This document shows, in pieces, positions 8,049-17,303 of a stretch of 64,000 nucleotides of DNA (position 1 is its first letter; each line of letters begins with the position of its first letter). Below the pieces are notes generated by a model that was not told the DNA's origin, did no database searches, and saw only the letters and a list, made by a program, of their open reading frames with translations. The position numbers and the translations under genes were made by a program. This DNA is from a virus, in IMG/VR virus record IMGVR_UViG_3300032282_005862, positions 34,630 through 98,629 of that record. One strand, 5' to 3'.

Positions 8049-8824
8049 GAATTCCAAATCAATATATAATATTCGCAAATCAATTAGGAATAGATATAGC
8101 AGATATAGTTAGACTTGATAAATTTAAGTATATAAGAGAAGATTTTCCATTAAAATGCTTAGAAATATATAAATCACCATTTTCAAAAATTAGACTTGGC
8201 AAAGATAACGATGGTGGTTATATTATTGCTGATTTAAATAAATATGATAGTTTTTTAAGTTGTGGAGTAAAAGATGATATTTCTTTTGAAGAAGCTTTCA
8301 TTAACAAATATAATTTAAATTGCACAGCCTTTGACCATTCCATTCAACAATTACCAAGCAATAATTCTAAGATAAAATTCATTAAAAAACAAATATCTGA
8401 TATTAATTCCGAAAATGAAGATAATTTACATAATTATATAAATGATTTTAATAATATTTTCTTGAAAATGGATATAGAAGGAGATGAGTATCTTTGGATT
8501 AATACAATTAATAAAAATCAACTATTAAAATTCAAGCAAATAGCAATAGAATTTCATGAACCTTATGAAAAAATAAAATGGCGTATGATAGAAAAAATTA
8601 ATGAAACTCATTACGCCATTCATTTTCATCATAATAATTGTAGCTCAACATGTAAATTTAATAATTTGACAATGCCAGAAAACTTTGAATTAACATTTGT
8701 TAGAAAAAATGAATTTGATAATTTACCGCAATTAAATGAAGAAAAATTTCCAACACAACTTGATCAAGCTAATGACGTATCTAGACCAATTTATTTTTTC
8801 AATAAATATCCTTTTGTAAAATGA
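8045..8824 (+). CDS. SAM-dependent methyltransferase (FkbM/Methyltransf_22-like)
   Basis: RLGKDNDGGY, DDISFE, FLKMDIEGDE, QIAIEFH. Confidence 0.75.
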   Translation: MRIPNQYIIFANQLGIDIADIVRLDKFKYIREDFPLKCLEIYKSPFSKIRLGKDNDGGYIIADLNKYDSFLSCGVKDDISFEEAFINKYNLNCTAFDHSIQQLPSNNSKIKFIKKQISDINSENEDNLHNYINDFNNIFLKMDIEGDEYLWINTINKNQLLKFKQIAIEFHEPYEKIKWRMIEKINETHYAIHFHHNNCSSTCKFNNLTMPENFELTFVRKNEFDNLPQLNEEKFPTQLDQANDVSRPIYFFNKYPFVK

Positions 8825-9540
8825 AATTATTAATAAATTTGCCTACGCGTGGAAGACCAGAAAGAGCACTTAAGCTTTTAGATTTGTATATAGAGAATTC
8901 TACACATAATGATATTTATTTTATTATAAGTTGTGACGAAGATGATCAACAAATGAACAATCTTCAGACTATTGATGAGTTTCAAAAAAGAAAAAATGTA
9001 AAGGTTATATTTAATGAAAATAAAATCTTAGTAAATAATAATGGTAATATTGAAAAAAGTAATTTTACAACAAAAATAGCAGCAATTAATTCTGGAGTAA
9101 AAGATCAAAATTTTGATATATGTCTTTTAGCTAGTGATGATATGTTTCCAGAAATTAAAGGATATGATTCTATAATTGTTGAGCATATGCAAAAATATTT
9201 TCCAGATACAGATGGAGTTCTTTGGTATAATGATGGATATCAAGCTGACAAATTAAATACTCTATGTATTTTTGGCAAAAAATATTACGATAGATTCAAT
9301 TATATATACAATCCATCATATCTTTCTTTATATTGCGACAATGAATTTACAGAAGTATCAAAAATTTTAAAGAAAGTAATATATATAGATCAAATTATTA
9401 TTAGACATAATCATTGGTCAATTAATAATAATGAAAAATGTTTTAAAAAAGATAAAATAGATGAAAAAAATGATATTTTTGCTGGATACGATCAAATGAT
9501 ATTTGAACAAAGAAAATTTAATAGATTTTATTTAAAATGA
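8821..9540 (+). CDS. GT-A (GT2-like) glycosyltransferase
   Basis: LPTRGRP, ISCDEDD, LLASDDM, YCDNEF, IIRHNH. Confidence 0.7.
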   Translation: MKLLINLPTRGRPERALKLLDLYIENSTHNDIYFIISCDEDDQQMNNLQTIDEFQKRKNVKVIFNENKILVNNNGNIEKSNFTTKIAAINSGVKDQNFDICLLASDDMFPEIKGYDSIIVEHMQKYFPDTDGVLWYNDGYQADKLNTLCIFGKKYYDRFNYIYNPSYLSLYCDNEFTEVSKILKKVIYIDQIIIRHNHWSINNNEKCFKKDKIDEKNDIFAGYDQMIFEQRKFNRFYLK

Positions 9541-10376
9541 TAGTTCAAATAACAATGACAAAAAACGAATGCTTTCTGTTAAAAGAAATGCTTGAAGTAT
9601 GGAAGAATTATGCAGATGCATTTATATTTTTTGATGATGGATCTACAGATGAAACTTACGATTTTTTAATGCACAACAAGGAAAAATATAATATTTTAAA
9701 AGTTTTAAGAAATGAACAAAAAAACGAAGAACTTTGGATAGAGACAAATAATAGACAATTACTTTATGATGAAGCATTAAAATATTCTAATAAAATAATT
9801 TGTATGGATTCAGATGAATATCTTGATGGAAACATGACAAAAGAACAATTAGAAGATCTTTTAGATAAAAATCCAGATACCACATTCAATTTAGATTGGA
9901 TTCAATACACATCTCAAAATGAAATACGAGTAGATGGACCATGGAAGGTAAACACAAAAGATAGAATTGGATCATATTCAACAAGAGCATTTTTTCAATT
10001 TGCACAAATGCACTCGACTCATCTACCATATACAGCTAAAAATATTTACATAAAAACTCCAGATCTATTTATCGCTCATCTTCAATGGCTAGATAAACAA
10101 ACGGTAGCTATAAAACAATACTTTTGGAAGGTTACAGACTATTTAAATAGATTAAAATTTAATATACCAACGTTACCACCTCAAGCTTATGATGAATCAG
10201 TAGCTAATTTTAATTGGGAATATAAAAAGTTCCATTTTCCATTAAAAATAGATTCTGCTATATATAGCAAACAATCTATAGAAGATAATTATAAACTAAA
10301 ATTTATAAAAGAAAATACAATAAAATATAATATACCAAATTTAAATGATTGGGGTTTAAATTTGATTAATTTATAA
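9537..10376 (+). CDS. GT2-family glycosyltransferase
   Basis: MTKNE, FDDGSTDET, MDSDEY. Confidence 0.8.
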   Translation: MIVQITMTKNECFLLKEMLEVWKNYADAFIFFDDGSTDETYDFLMHNKEKYNILKVLRNEQKNEELWIETNNRQLLYDEALKYSNKIICMDSDEYLDGNMTKEQLEDLLDKNPDTTFNLDWIQYTSQNEIRVDGPWKVNTKDRIGSYSTRAFFQFAQMHSTHLPYTAKNIYIKTPDLFIAHLQWLDKQTVAIKQYFWKVTDYLNRLKFNIPTLPPQAYDESVANFNWEYKKFHFPLKIDSAIYSKQSIEDNYKLKFIKENTIKYNIPNLNDWGLNLINL

Positions 10377-10389
10377 TTTATAATATAAT
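10362..10389 (+). promoter_or_regulatory. sigma70-type promoter (TTGATT-16-TATAAT-8-ATG)
   Basis: Read directly from sequence. Confidence 0.45.
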
Positions 10390-10397
10390 ATATAAAT

Positions 10398-12014
10398 ATG
10401 AGCATACCAATGTATTACTGCACAGCTATAGATGACAGACATTTACCATTATTATTGAACTTAATTGGAAGTATTCATAAATTTCATTTTGATCAATTAG
10501 AAGAAATTATGGTATACGACTTAGGATTGAGTAAAGAATCTAAAGAAAAATTAGAAAATATTCAAAAATTAAAGATCTATGAAATAGAAAAACTTAATCC
10601 ACAAATTCTTGAAGATCTTCAAACTGATGAACATAGATATGTAAAGGGGTTATTCTCTTGGAAACCCGTAGTTATTAAAGATGCATTAGATAAAGTTCCA
10701 TATGTCTTATACTTGGACTCTGGAACCACCTTATTAAAACCAATAGATATTTTATTTAAACATATTATCCAAAATGGATATCTATTATTTGATTGTGGGC
10801 ATTCAATAAAATGGATGACAACTAAATATATTATAGATAAATTTAATCTTGAATCAGATGAAAATAAATGGATTTTAAATGATAATACATTTGGAATAGA
10901 CGCAGGGTTTCAAGGTATGTCTAGAAGTGTGTACGATAATTATATTATGCCTATGTATGAACTTTGCAAAGACATTAAAAACTTTGTAGATGATAAAACT
11001 TGCCCCAATGGATGGGGATGCGGAAGACACGATCAAACTCTTTATAGTATTTTAGCGAGAAAATTAAATTTACATATAGAAAATCACGACGTAGAAGGAT
11101 GTAGCCTTAATGTAGATGCTCAAAAAGTCCCATTTGATATAACCCATACTCCACATAAAGTTACAGATAAAACTTACATTTTTAGATCAAGATGGACACT
11201 ACCAAGTCAATTTACAGATCATAACATATCGATGATTAGAATCAAACAAGAGCCAAATAATATTTTATTAGAAAAAGCTAAAAATGATTTTCAGAAATTT
11301 AGTAAAGAATGGGTTAATTCAAAAGATTATAATGCAAAAATATACTCTTATTTCAAAGATCAAATAAATTTTTATCCATTTTTAAATGACCACAATGAAA
11401 TTGTAACAAAATATAATTTAGGTTATGGTGAAAAAGCTTTTAGATATCTTTGGTTTTTAGTATTATCTCAAATACCAAAAAATGGAAAATTCCTAGAAAT
11501 AGGAGTGTTTAAAGGATCAATACTTGCTCTGTCTCAAGTCGTCTCTAAACAATTCAATTTAAATATAACTTCATTTGGAATTACCCCACTTAATAATACT
11601 GGAGATAAATACTCAAATTACATAAATGAGGACTATGAAAAAAGTATTTTATTTTTATATCAACAACTAGGGTTAGATTTATTTAATACAAAAATAATGC
11701 ATGGACTATCAACAGACGAGAGCGTAAAACATCTTGCAAAAGAACATGGACTATATGATATAGTTTATATTGATGGCGGACATGATTATGAAACAGTTGT
11801 AAATGATATAGAATTAACTAATAAAATCTTGAAAAAAGATGGATTATTAATAATGGATGACGCATCTTCATTTTTAGAATTTAACCATAATCACGAAGGA
11901 TTTACTGGGCATAAAGATGTTGCTCAAGCAATAAAAGATAAGATTGATGTAGGCGATACCTACATTCACCTTTTTGCTTGTGGACATAATAGAGTATGGA
12001 GGAAAATAAAATAA
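10398..12014 (+). CDS. fusion of a GT-A-like (DUF1647-like) domain and a class I SAM methyltransferase (Methyltransf_24-like)
   Basis: N-half: VYDLGL, SWKP, YLDSG, RHDQ. C-half: FLEIGVFKG, YIDGGHDYE, GLLIMDD. Confidence 0.7.
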   Translation: MSIPMYYCTAIDDRHLPLLLNLIGSIHKFHFDQLEEIMVYDLGLSKESKEKLENIQKLKIYEIEKLNPQILEDLQTDEHRYVKGLFSWKPVVIKDALDKVPYVLYLDSGTTLLKPIDILFKHIIQNGYLLFDCGHSIKWMTTKYIIDKFNLESDENKWILNDNTFGIDAGFQGMSRSVYDNYIMPMYELCKDIKNFVDDKTCPNGWGCGRHDQTLYSILARKLNLHIENHDVEGCSLNVDAQKVPFDITHTPHKVTDKTYIFRSRWTLPSQFTDHNISMIRIKQEPNNILLEKAKNDFQKFSKEWVNSKDYNAKIYSYFKDQINFYPFLNDHNEIVTKYNLGYGEKAFRYLWFLVLSQIPKNGKFLEIGVFKGSILALSQVVSKQFNLNITSFGITPLNNTGDKYSNYINEDYEKSILFLYQQLGLDLFNTKIMHGLSTDESVKHLAKEHGLYDIVYIDGGHDYETVVNDIELTNKILKKDGLLIMDDASSFLEFNHNHEGFTGHKDVAQAIKDKIDVGDTYIHLFACGHNRVWRKIK

Positions 12015-12015
12015 T

Positions 12016-12240
12016 ATGACTAATCAAGAATTATTAGAAGCAAGAAAACTTTATATTTCAGAGGTTGATACTCCAAATTCTTGGATTGGGACAGGTTTTA
12101 GCGCTATATGCGAATTAGGCATTGCAAAAGGTTATTATCCAATAATACATTTTGGAAATGTTTTTTTTAGGTGAAATTAATTTCTTAAAAGAAAAAAATA
12201 CGATCTAAATCCAGATATTCCAAGCATGTACAATTGGTAA
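12016..12240 (+). pseudogene. small ORF interrupted between two homopolymer runs (possible compensating frameshifts or sequencing errors)
   Basis: ATG 12016 reads to TGA 12174 just after T8 (12161-12168). The shifted frame is open through A7 (12192-12198), and the original frame then runs to TAA 12240. Confidence 0.35.
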
Positions 12241-12246
12241 GAATAA

Positions 12247-13026
12247 ATGAATAAAAAGTTAGCACTCTGTTTGAGTGGAGAATTTAGATTTTTTGATCAT
12301 CCACTTATATTAGAAGGTTTTAAAAAATTTCTATTTATATATAATCCAGATATTTTTATATCAACATGGGACCACATAGGGGCATCTATGAATCATGGAT
12401 ATATTGAGCCAAATAGCAAGAAAAATACAGATACAGATATGACTCAAAAGATCAAAGAAGCGTATCCATCTATAAAATATTTAAAAATAGAAAACTATAA
12501 TGCATGGTTCGAAGGATTAGATAAAGTATTAAAAGACACTATATATTTTGGGAATTTTGATCCACGAACAGTAAATTCATATACGCAGTTGTATAAGATA
12601 TATGATTCTATTAGTTTAAAATCAAAATACGAAAAGGAAAATAACTTTAGATATGATATTGTTATTCGGGCCAGAGCAGACAATCTTTTCGTAAATCATT
12701 TTGATTTATCTATTTTACCAAAATCAATTTATAATATAAATTTTGGTGGAGCTTTCTATTCCAATAGAATTTATGATATATTATTCTATGGAGATAGTTG
12801 TTCTATGGACAAGATATCAGAAGCTTTTGTAAATTTTAAAAATTTAATTGCAAATGAGTTTAATAATGGTTTATGCAGAAGAGATGCTTGTAGAATACTT
12901 TATTTACAATCAATTTTATCAAATTTACAAGTTTTATCTACAAATTCCAGATTATGCGATATATATCGAGGAACCTCATTTGAAGAATATTACAATAATA
13001 TTAAACTTTGTGGTGAATTTAAATGA
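12247..13026 (+). CDS. putative GT-A-like glycan-modifying protein
   Basis: ALCLSGEFR, DIFISTW and YDIVIRARAD, a pattern seen in phage and capsule glycan loci. Cluster context. Confidence 0.55.
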   Translation: MNKKLALCLSGEFRFFDHPLILEGFKKFLFIYNPDIFISTWDHIGASMNHGYIEPNSKKNTDTDMTQKIKEAYPSIKYLKIENYNAWFEGLDKVLKDTIYFGNFDPRTVNSYTQLYKIYDSISLKSKYEKENNFRYDIVIRARADNLFVNHFDLSILPKSIYNINFGGAFYSNRIYDILFYGDSCSMDKISEAFVNFKNLIANEFNNGLCRRDACRILYLQSILSNLQVLSTNSRLCDIYRGTSFEEYYNNIKLCGEFK

Positions 13027-13046
13027 ATTAAATTAAAAGAAAATAG

Positions 13047-13075
13047 TTGACAGATATAAAATATACTTATATAAT
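13047..13075 (+). promoter_or_regulatory. consensus sigma70 promoter TTGACA-17-TATAAT-8-ATG heading the NDP-sugar operon
   Basis: Perfect consensus boxes. Confidence 0.8.
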
Positions 13076-13083
13076 TTGATATA

Positions 13084-14403
13084 ATGGATAAAGAATTATC
13101 TGATATTTTAACTAAAATTAGTATCTTTTTAGATAAAAGAAGTAATAAAAAATGGACACCAAAAGAACACTGGGTTCAATATGCTGGACCATATTTTAAT
13201 AATGAAGAATATTTATCAGCAATAGAGACTCTTCTTGGAGGATGGCTTGTACTTGGCGAGAAAGGGATATCCTTCGAGAATCAATTCCCTAAAATTCTAA
13301 ATAAAGAATATGGGATATTAACTAATAGTGGAAGCAGTTCTAATTTAATTATGATGTCAGCAATGACATCTAAAAGACTTTATAATTTTCCTAAAGGTAC
13401 AAAAGTAATAACTCCAATAGCTGGATTTCCAACTACAATTAATCCAATTTTTCAAGTTGGATTTATTCCAGCTTTTGTTGATATTGATTTAGATACTCTT
13501 AATCTTAATTTAGACCAAGTTGAGGAGCAAGCAAAAAATGGTGCTAAAATTATTACATTTGCACATGTTTTAGGAAACCCGCCAAACATGAGAGCTTTAA
13601 TGGAAATTGTTAAAAAATATAATTTAATACTATTGGAAGATTGTTGTGATGCTCTTGGATCAACATTTGACAATAAACCCCTTGGCAGCTTTGGAGAATT
13701 TGCAAGTTGTTCTTTTTATCCTGCCCACCATATAACAATGGGAGAAGGAGGATTTGTGGCATGTAATACTTATCAACAAGAAATTGTAGCGAGAAGTTTT
13801 AGGGAATGGGGAAGAGGATGTTATTGCGTTGGAAAAAAAGCTAATCTTTTAAAAAACGGAACTTGCAAAAATAGATTCGCAAATTGGTTGCCTTCTTTGC
13901 CAGATGAAATTTTTGACCATAAATACGTTTATGATGAAATTGGTTATAATTTAAAGCCAATAGAATTACAAGCTGCGATGGGCTTAGTTCAAATGAAAAA
14001 GCTTCCAGAGATAAATACTCTTAGAAAACTTAATCATTCTAGATTGACTCAAATCTTTTATAAGTTTGAAGAATATTTTATATTACCTAAAACTACCGAT
14101 TGGGCAGATCCAAGTTGGTTTGCTTTCGCTCTAACAATCAAAGATAATGCTCCATTTAAAAGAAAAGATATTGTTCATTTTCTTGAAGATAAAAAAATTC
14201 AAACTCGCCCATATTTTGCTGGAAATATTATGTTGCAACCAGCTTACTCTGGAATGATACCACAAGAAGATATTATAAAAAATTATCCAATTGCAAGAAA
14301 AGTAACAACTGATACATTCTTTTTAGGAACAAGTCCAGTTATAACAAATCAACAATTAGATTACGTTGAAGAAGTGGTAAACGAATTTTTTAAAACTATA
14401 TGA
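13084..14403 (+). CDS. rfbH: NDP-4-keto-6-deoxyglucose 3-dehydrase (RfbH/DdhC, PMP and Fe-S dependent)
   Basis: DegT fold with SFYPAHHITMGEGG (His replaces the Schiff-base Lys), WGRGCYC...C Fe-S motif, DHKYVY..IGYNLK. Confidence 0.9.
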   Translation: MDKELSDILTKISIFLDKRSNKKWTPKEHWVQYAGPYFNNEEYLSAIETLLGGWLVLGEKGISFENQFPKILNKEYGILTNSGSSSNLIMMSAMTSKRLYNFPKGTKVITPIAGFPTTINPIFQVGFIPAFVDIDLDTLNLNLDQVEEQAKNGAKIITFAHVLGNPPNMRALMEIVKKYNLILLEDCCDALGSTFDNKPLGSFGEFASCSFYPAHHITMGEGGFVACNTYQQEIVARSFREWGRGCYCVGKKANLLKNGTCKNRFANWLPSLPDEIFDHKYVYDEIGYNLKPIELQAAMGLVQMKKLPEINTLRKLNHSRLTQIFYKFEEYFILPKTTDWADPSWFAFALTIKDNAPFKRKDIVHFLEDKKIQTRPYFAGNIMLQPAYSGMIPQEDIIKNYPIARKVTTDTFFLGTSPVITNQQLDYVEEVVNEFFKTI

Positions 14404-15353
14404 AAATTGTATATGTAACAGGTTGTTTAGGTTTTATTGGCTCTTACATCACAAGGCTATGCCTTCAAAAAGGATGGTATGTAAAAGGCGTAGACAAGAT
14501 TACTTACGCAGCAAATAAAGATTTGCTAGATGAGTTTAATAAAAATCTAAACTTCTCATTCGTACATTGTGATATAAATGACCTTAAATTTTTATATGAT
14601 TGCGATTATATTATCAATACTGCAGCAGAAACTCATGTTGGAAATTCAATAAGCAATAGTGATGATTTTATACATTCAAATATTGATGGCGTACATAATT
14701 TGTTAGAATTAATTAGAAATTACCGACAAGAACATACAAGAGTTCCTACTCTAATCCATTTTAGTACAGATGAAGTTTATGGAGATGTTGATCAAGGAGC
14801 ACATACAGAAAAAGATTTGCTTAAGCCATCTAATCCGTATTCGGCAACAAAAGCAGCAGCAGATATGTTAATTTTAGCATGGGCTAGAACTTACAAAACA
14901 AATTATATCATTGTAAGACCTACAAATAATTATGGGATTGGTCAATATGTAGAAAAACTTATCCCAAAGACATGTAAATATTTAAATTTAGGTAGAAAAA
15001 TACCTCTGCATAACTCTGGAGCACCAATTAGAAATTGGCTTCATGCAGAAGACACAGCTAATGCAATTATAAAAATCATTGAAAATGATGTCAGAAATGA
15101 AATATATAATATTGCAGGTGGATTTGAGCAATCAAATCTAGATACAGTAAGAAAAATATTAGAGGTATATTTAAATACAAAAGATTTTAATTTATTAGAT
15201 TATGTAGATTTATCTTACTCCAGACAAGGACAAGATGTTCGATATGCGTTAGATGATACTAAATTAAGAAATTTAAACTGGATGCCAAATAAAAATTTTA
15301 ATCAAGAAATAAAAGGTATAGTTAATTACTATAATAATAAATTTATATGGTAA
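14400..15353 (+). CDS. rmlB: NDP-glucose 4,6-dehydratase (RmlB-like)
   Basis: VTGCLGFIG, DKITYAA, AAETHV, STDEVYG, NPYSATKAA, R.GQDVRYA. Confidence 0.85.
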   Translation: MKIVYVTGCLGFIGSYITRLCLQKGWYVKGVDKITYAANKDLLDEFNKNLNFSFVHCDINDLKFLYDCDYIINTAAETHVGNSISNSDDFIHSNIDGVHNLLELIRNYRQEHTRVPTLIHFSTDEVYGDVDQGAHTEKDLLKPSNPYSATKAAADMLILAWARTYKTNYIIVRPTNNYGIGQYVEKLIPKTCKYLNLGRKIPLHNSGAPIRNWLHAEDTANAIIKIIENDVRNEIYNIAGGFEQSNLDTVRKILEVYLNTKDFNLLDYVDLSYSRQGQDVRYALDDTKLRNLNWMPNKNFNQEIKGIVNYYNNKFIW

Positions 15354-15973
15354 AAGAAGATTTAATAAATTTTGAAAAAGAAATAGCCGACTTATTTAAT
15401 TCTGGTAAGATAAAATCTCCAGTTCATCTTTATTCTGGAAATGAAGATCTTATGATTGAAATTTTTAAAAATATTGATATTGAGAATGATTGGGTATGCT
15501 CTGCATGGCGCAACCATTATCAAGGTTTATTAAAAGGAATACCCCAAGAAATATTAAAGCAAAATATTTTACAAGGTAAGTCTATGGTGGCTAATTTACC
15601 AGAATATAAATTCATATGTAGTTCTATAGTTGGTGGAATTCCTTCAATTGCAGCGGGGATTGCTATGTCAATTAAAGTTAAAAATAAAACTAATAAAGTT
15701 TGGTGTTGGGTTGGGGATATGTCTTCTGAAACTGGCGCTTTTCATGAAGCTTACAAATATAGTTTAAATCATGATCTTCCAATTACATTTATAATTGAGG
15801 ATAACAAAAAATCGGTATGCTCACCAACCCAAAAGATTTGGAACAGACAAAAGCCATATTATTTAGATAAAGATTATAGTGGAGGACTATTAATTCAAAA
15901 AAATTTAATATATTATCAATATGACAATCAAAAATATCCTCACGCTGGAGCAGGGAAAAGAGTACAATTTTAA
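15347..15973 (+). CDS. ThDP-dependent enzyme, E1-alpha-like subunit (short)
   Basis: VHLYSGNE, SSIVGG, GDMSSETGAFHE...IEDN (ThDP-binding motif variant). Confidence 0.8.
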   Translation: MVKEDLINFEKEIADLFNSGKIKSPVHLYSGNEDLMIEIFKNIDIENDWVCSAWRNHYQGLLKGIPQEILKQNILQGKSMVANLPEYKFICSSIVGGIPSIAAGIAMSIKVKNKTNKVWCWVGDMSSETGAFHEAYKYSLNHDLPITFIIEDNKKSVCSPTQKIWNRQKPYYLDKDYSGGLLIQKNLIYYQYDNQKYPHAGAGKRVQF

Positions 15974-15977
15974 TATT

Positions 15978-16514
15978 ATGAAATACTTTGAAGAACTTAA
16001 AAAAGCAATGACTATGCTATCTGAGCACCCTGACACGCTTTTTATAGGGCAATCTATAGAATATGAGGGAACTGGACTTTATGATTCATTAACACATATA
16101 CCAGCTCATAAAAAAATAGAATTGCCAGTAGCAGAATATCTTCAAGCAGGTCTAGCCAATGGAATGGCAATTGAAGGTTTAATCCCAATATCTACTTATC
16201 CGAGATGGAACTTTTTATTAATGGGCACAGATCAAATAGTAAATCACGCTGATAAATTTAAAGAAATGTCTAATGGAAAATGTACCCCAAAATTAATAAT
16301 TCGAGTCGCAGTTGGTAGCGAAAGACCCGTAGATCCACAATGCCAACATAAGGGGAATTTTTCCGAAGCATTTAGATCGATGCTTACTAATACGGAAGTA
16401 ATTGAATTAAATGAACCAGAAGACATTATTCCAGCTTACGAGAAGGCTTTGAATAGAAAGGATGGACTTATAACAATTCTTGTAGAATTCGCTGATTATT
16501 CAAAAGAAAAATGA
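15978..16514 (+). CDS. ThDP-dependent enzyme, E1-beta/transketolase pyrimidine-binding subunit (likely start ATG 15978)
   Basis: IELPVAE, GLANGMA, DQIVN, QH. No C-terminal transketolase domain. Confidence 0.8.
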   Translation: MKYFEELKKAMTMLSEHPDTLFIGQSIEYEGTGLYDSLTHIPAHKKIELPVAEYLQAGLANGMAIEGLIPISTYPRWNFLLMGTDQIVNHADKFKEMSNGKCTPKLIIRVAVGSERPVDPQCQHKGNFSEAFRSMLTNTEVIELNEPEDIIPAYEKALNRKDGLITILVEFADYSKEK

Positions 16515-16520
16515 TATTTA

Positions 16521-17297
16521 ATGAAAATTTTAATTACTGGTGGAAATGGTTACCTAGCTAAATCAATAGAATACGCTTTATCTAAAACTTATACCATCAC
16601 AAGCATAAGCAGAAAAGATTTCGATTTACAGAATTTAGATTTATTTACAGAATGGTTAAAAGATAAAAATTTTGATATTATAATTCATACGGCAACAGAA
16701 GGTGTGTCAAGATCAAAGCATCAAAATGAAAAAGATCTGGAAGCCAATTTAAAAATGTTTAATAACATTAAAGCTCATAAGGATAAATTTAAAAAATTAA
16801 TATTTTTTGGATCTGGCGCAGAATTATATATGCAAGAAACATATTATGGTAAAAGTAAAAAGTTAATAAATGAAACCATACAAAAAGAAAACAATTTTTA
16901 TAATATAAGAATATTTGCTGTTTTTGATGAAAATGAATTAGATACTAGATTTATAAAATCTAATATTTTAAGATATATTAATAAAAAAGAAATGGTTATT
17001 CATGCGAATAAACTAATGGATTTCTTCTATATGCAAGATTTGATATCTTTAGTTAATTATTATATTAATGAAAAAAATCCCCCCAAAACAATAGATTGTT
17101 CTTACAAAGATAAAAAAAATTTATTAGAAATAGCTAATTTTATCAATACTTTAGATCAATACAAAGTACCAATTAACTTTCAAAAAAATACTCTAGAACA
17201 AGATTATTGTGGCGTAAGTAATTTACCAATTAAACCTATAGGCTTAGAACAAGGAATAAAAAATAGTTTTAGAGAAATTAAAACGAAAACGCTATAA
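16521..17297 (+). CDS. NAD-dependent epimerase/reductase (extended SDR)
   Basis: ITGGNGYLA, FGSGAE, YGKSK (YxxxK). Confidence 0.8.
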   Translation: MKILITGGNGYLAKSIEYALSKTYTITSISRKDFDLQNLDLFTEWLKDKNFDIIIHTATEGVSRSKHQNEKDLEANLKMFNNIKAHKDKFKKLIFFGSGAELYMQETYYGKSKKLINETIQKENNFYNIRIFAVFDENELDTRFIKSNILRYINKKEMVIHANKLMDFFYMQDLISLVNYYINEKNPPKTIDCSYKDKKNLLEIANFINTLDQYKVPINFQKNTLEQDYCGVSNLPIKPIGLEQGIKNSFREIKTKTL

Positions 17298-17303
17298 TTA
17301 TTA

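Noticed and set aside
15347-16514. Pyruvate dehydrogenase auxiliary metabolic genes for central metabolism
   Set aside because: Both subunits are truncated, no E2 or E3 is present, and they sit inside an NDP-sugar operon. A sugar-branching role fits better.
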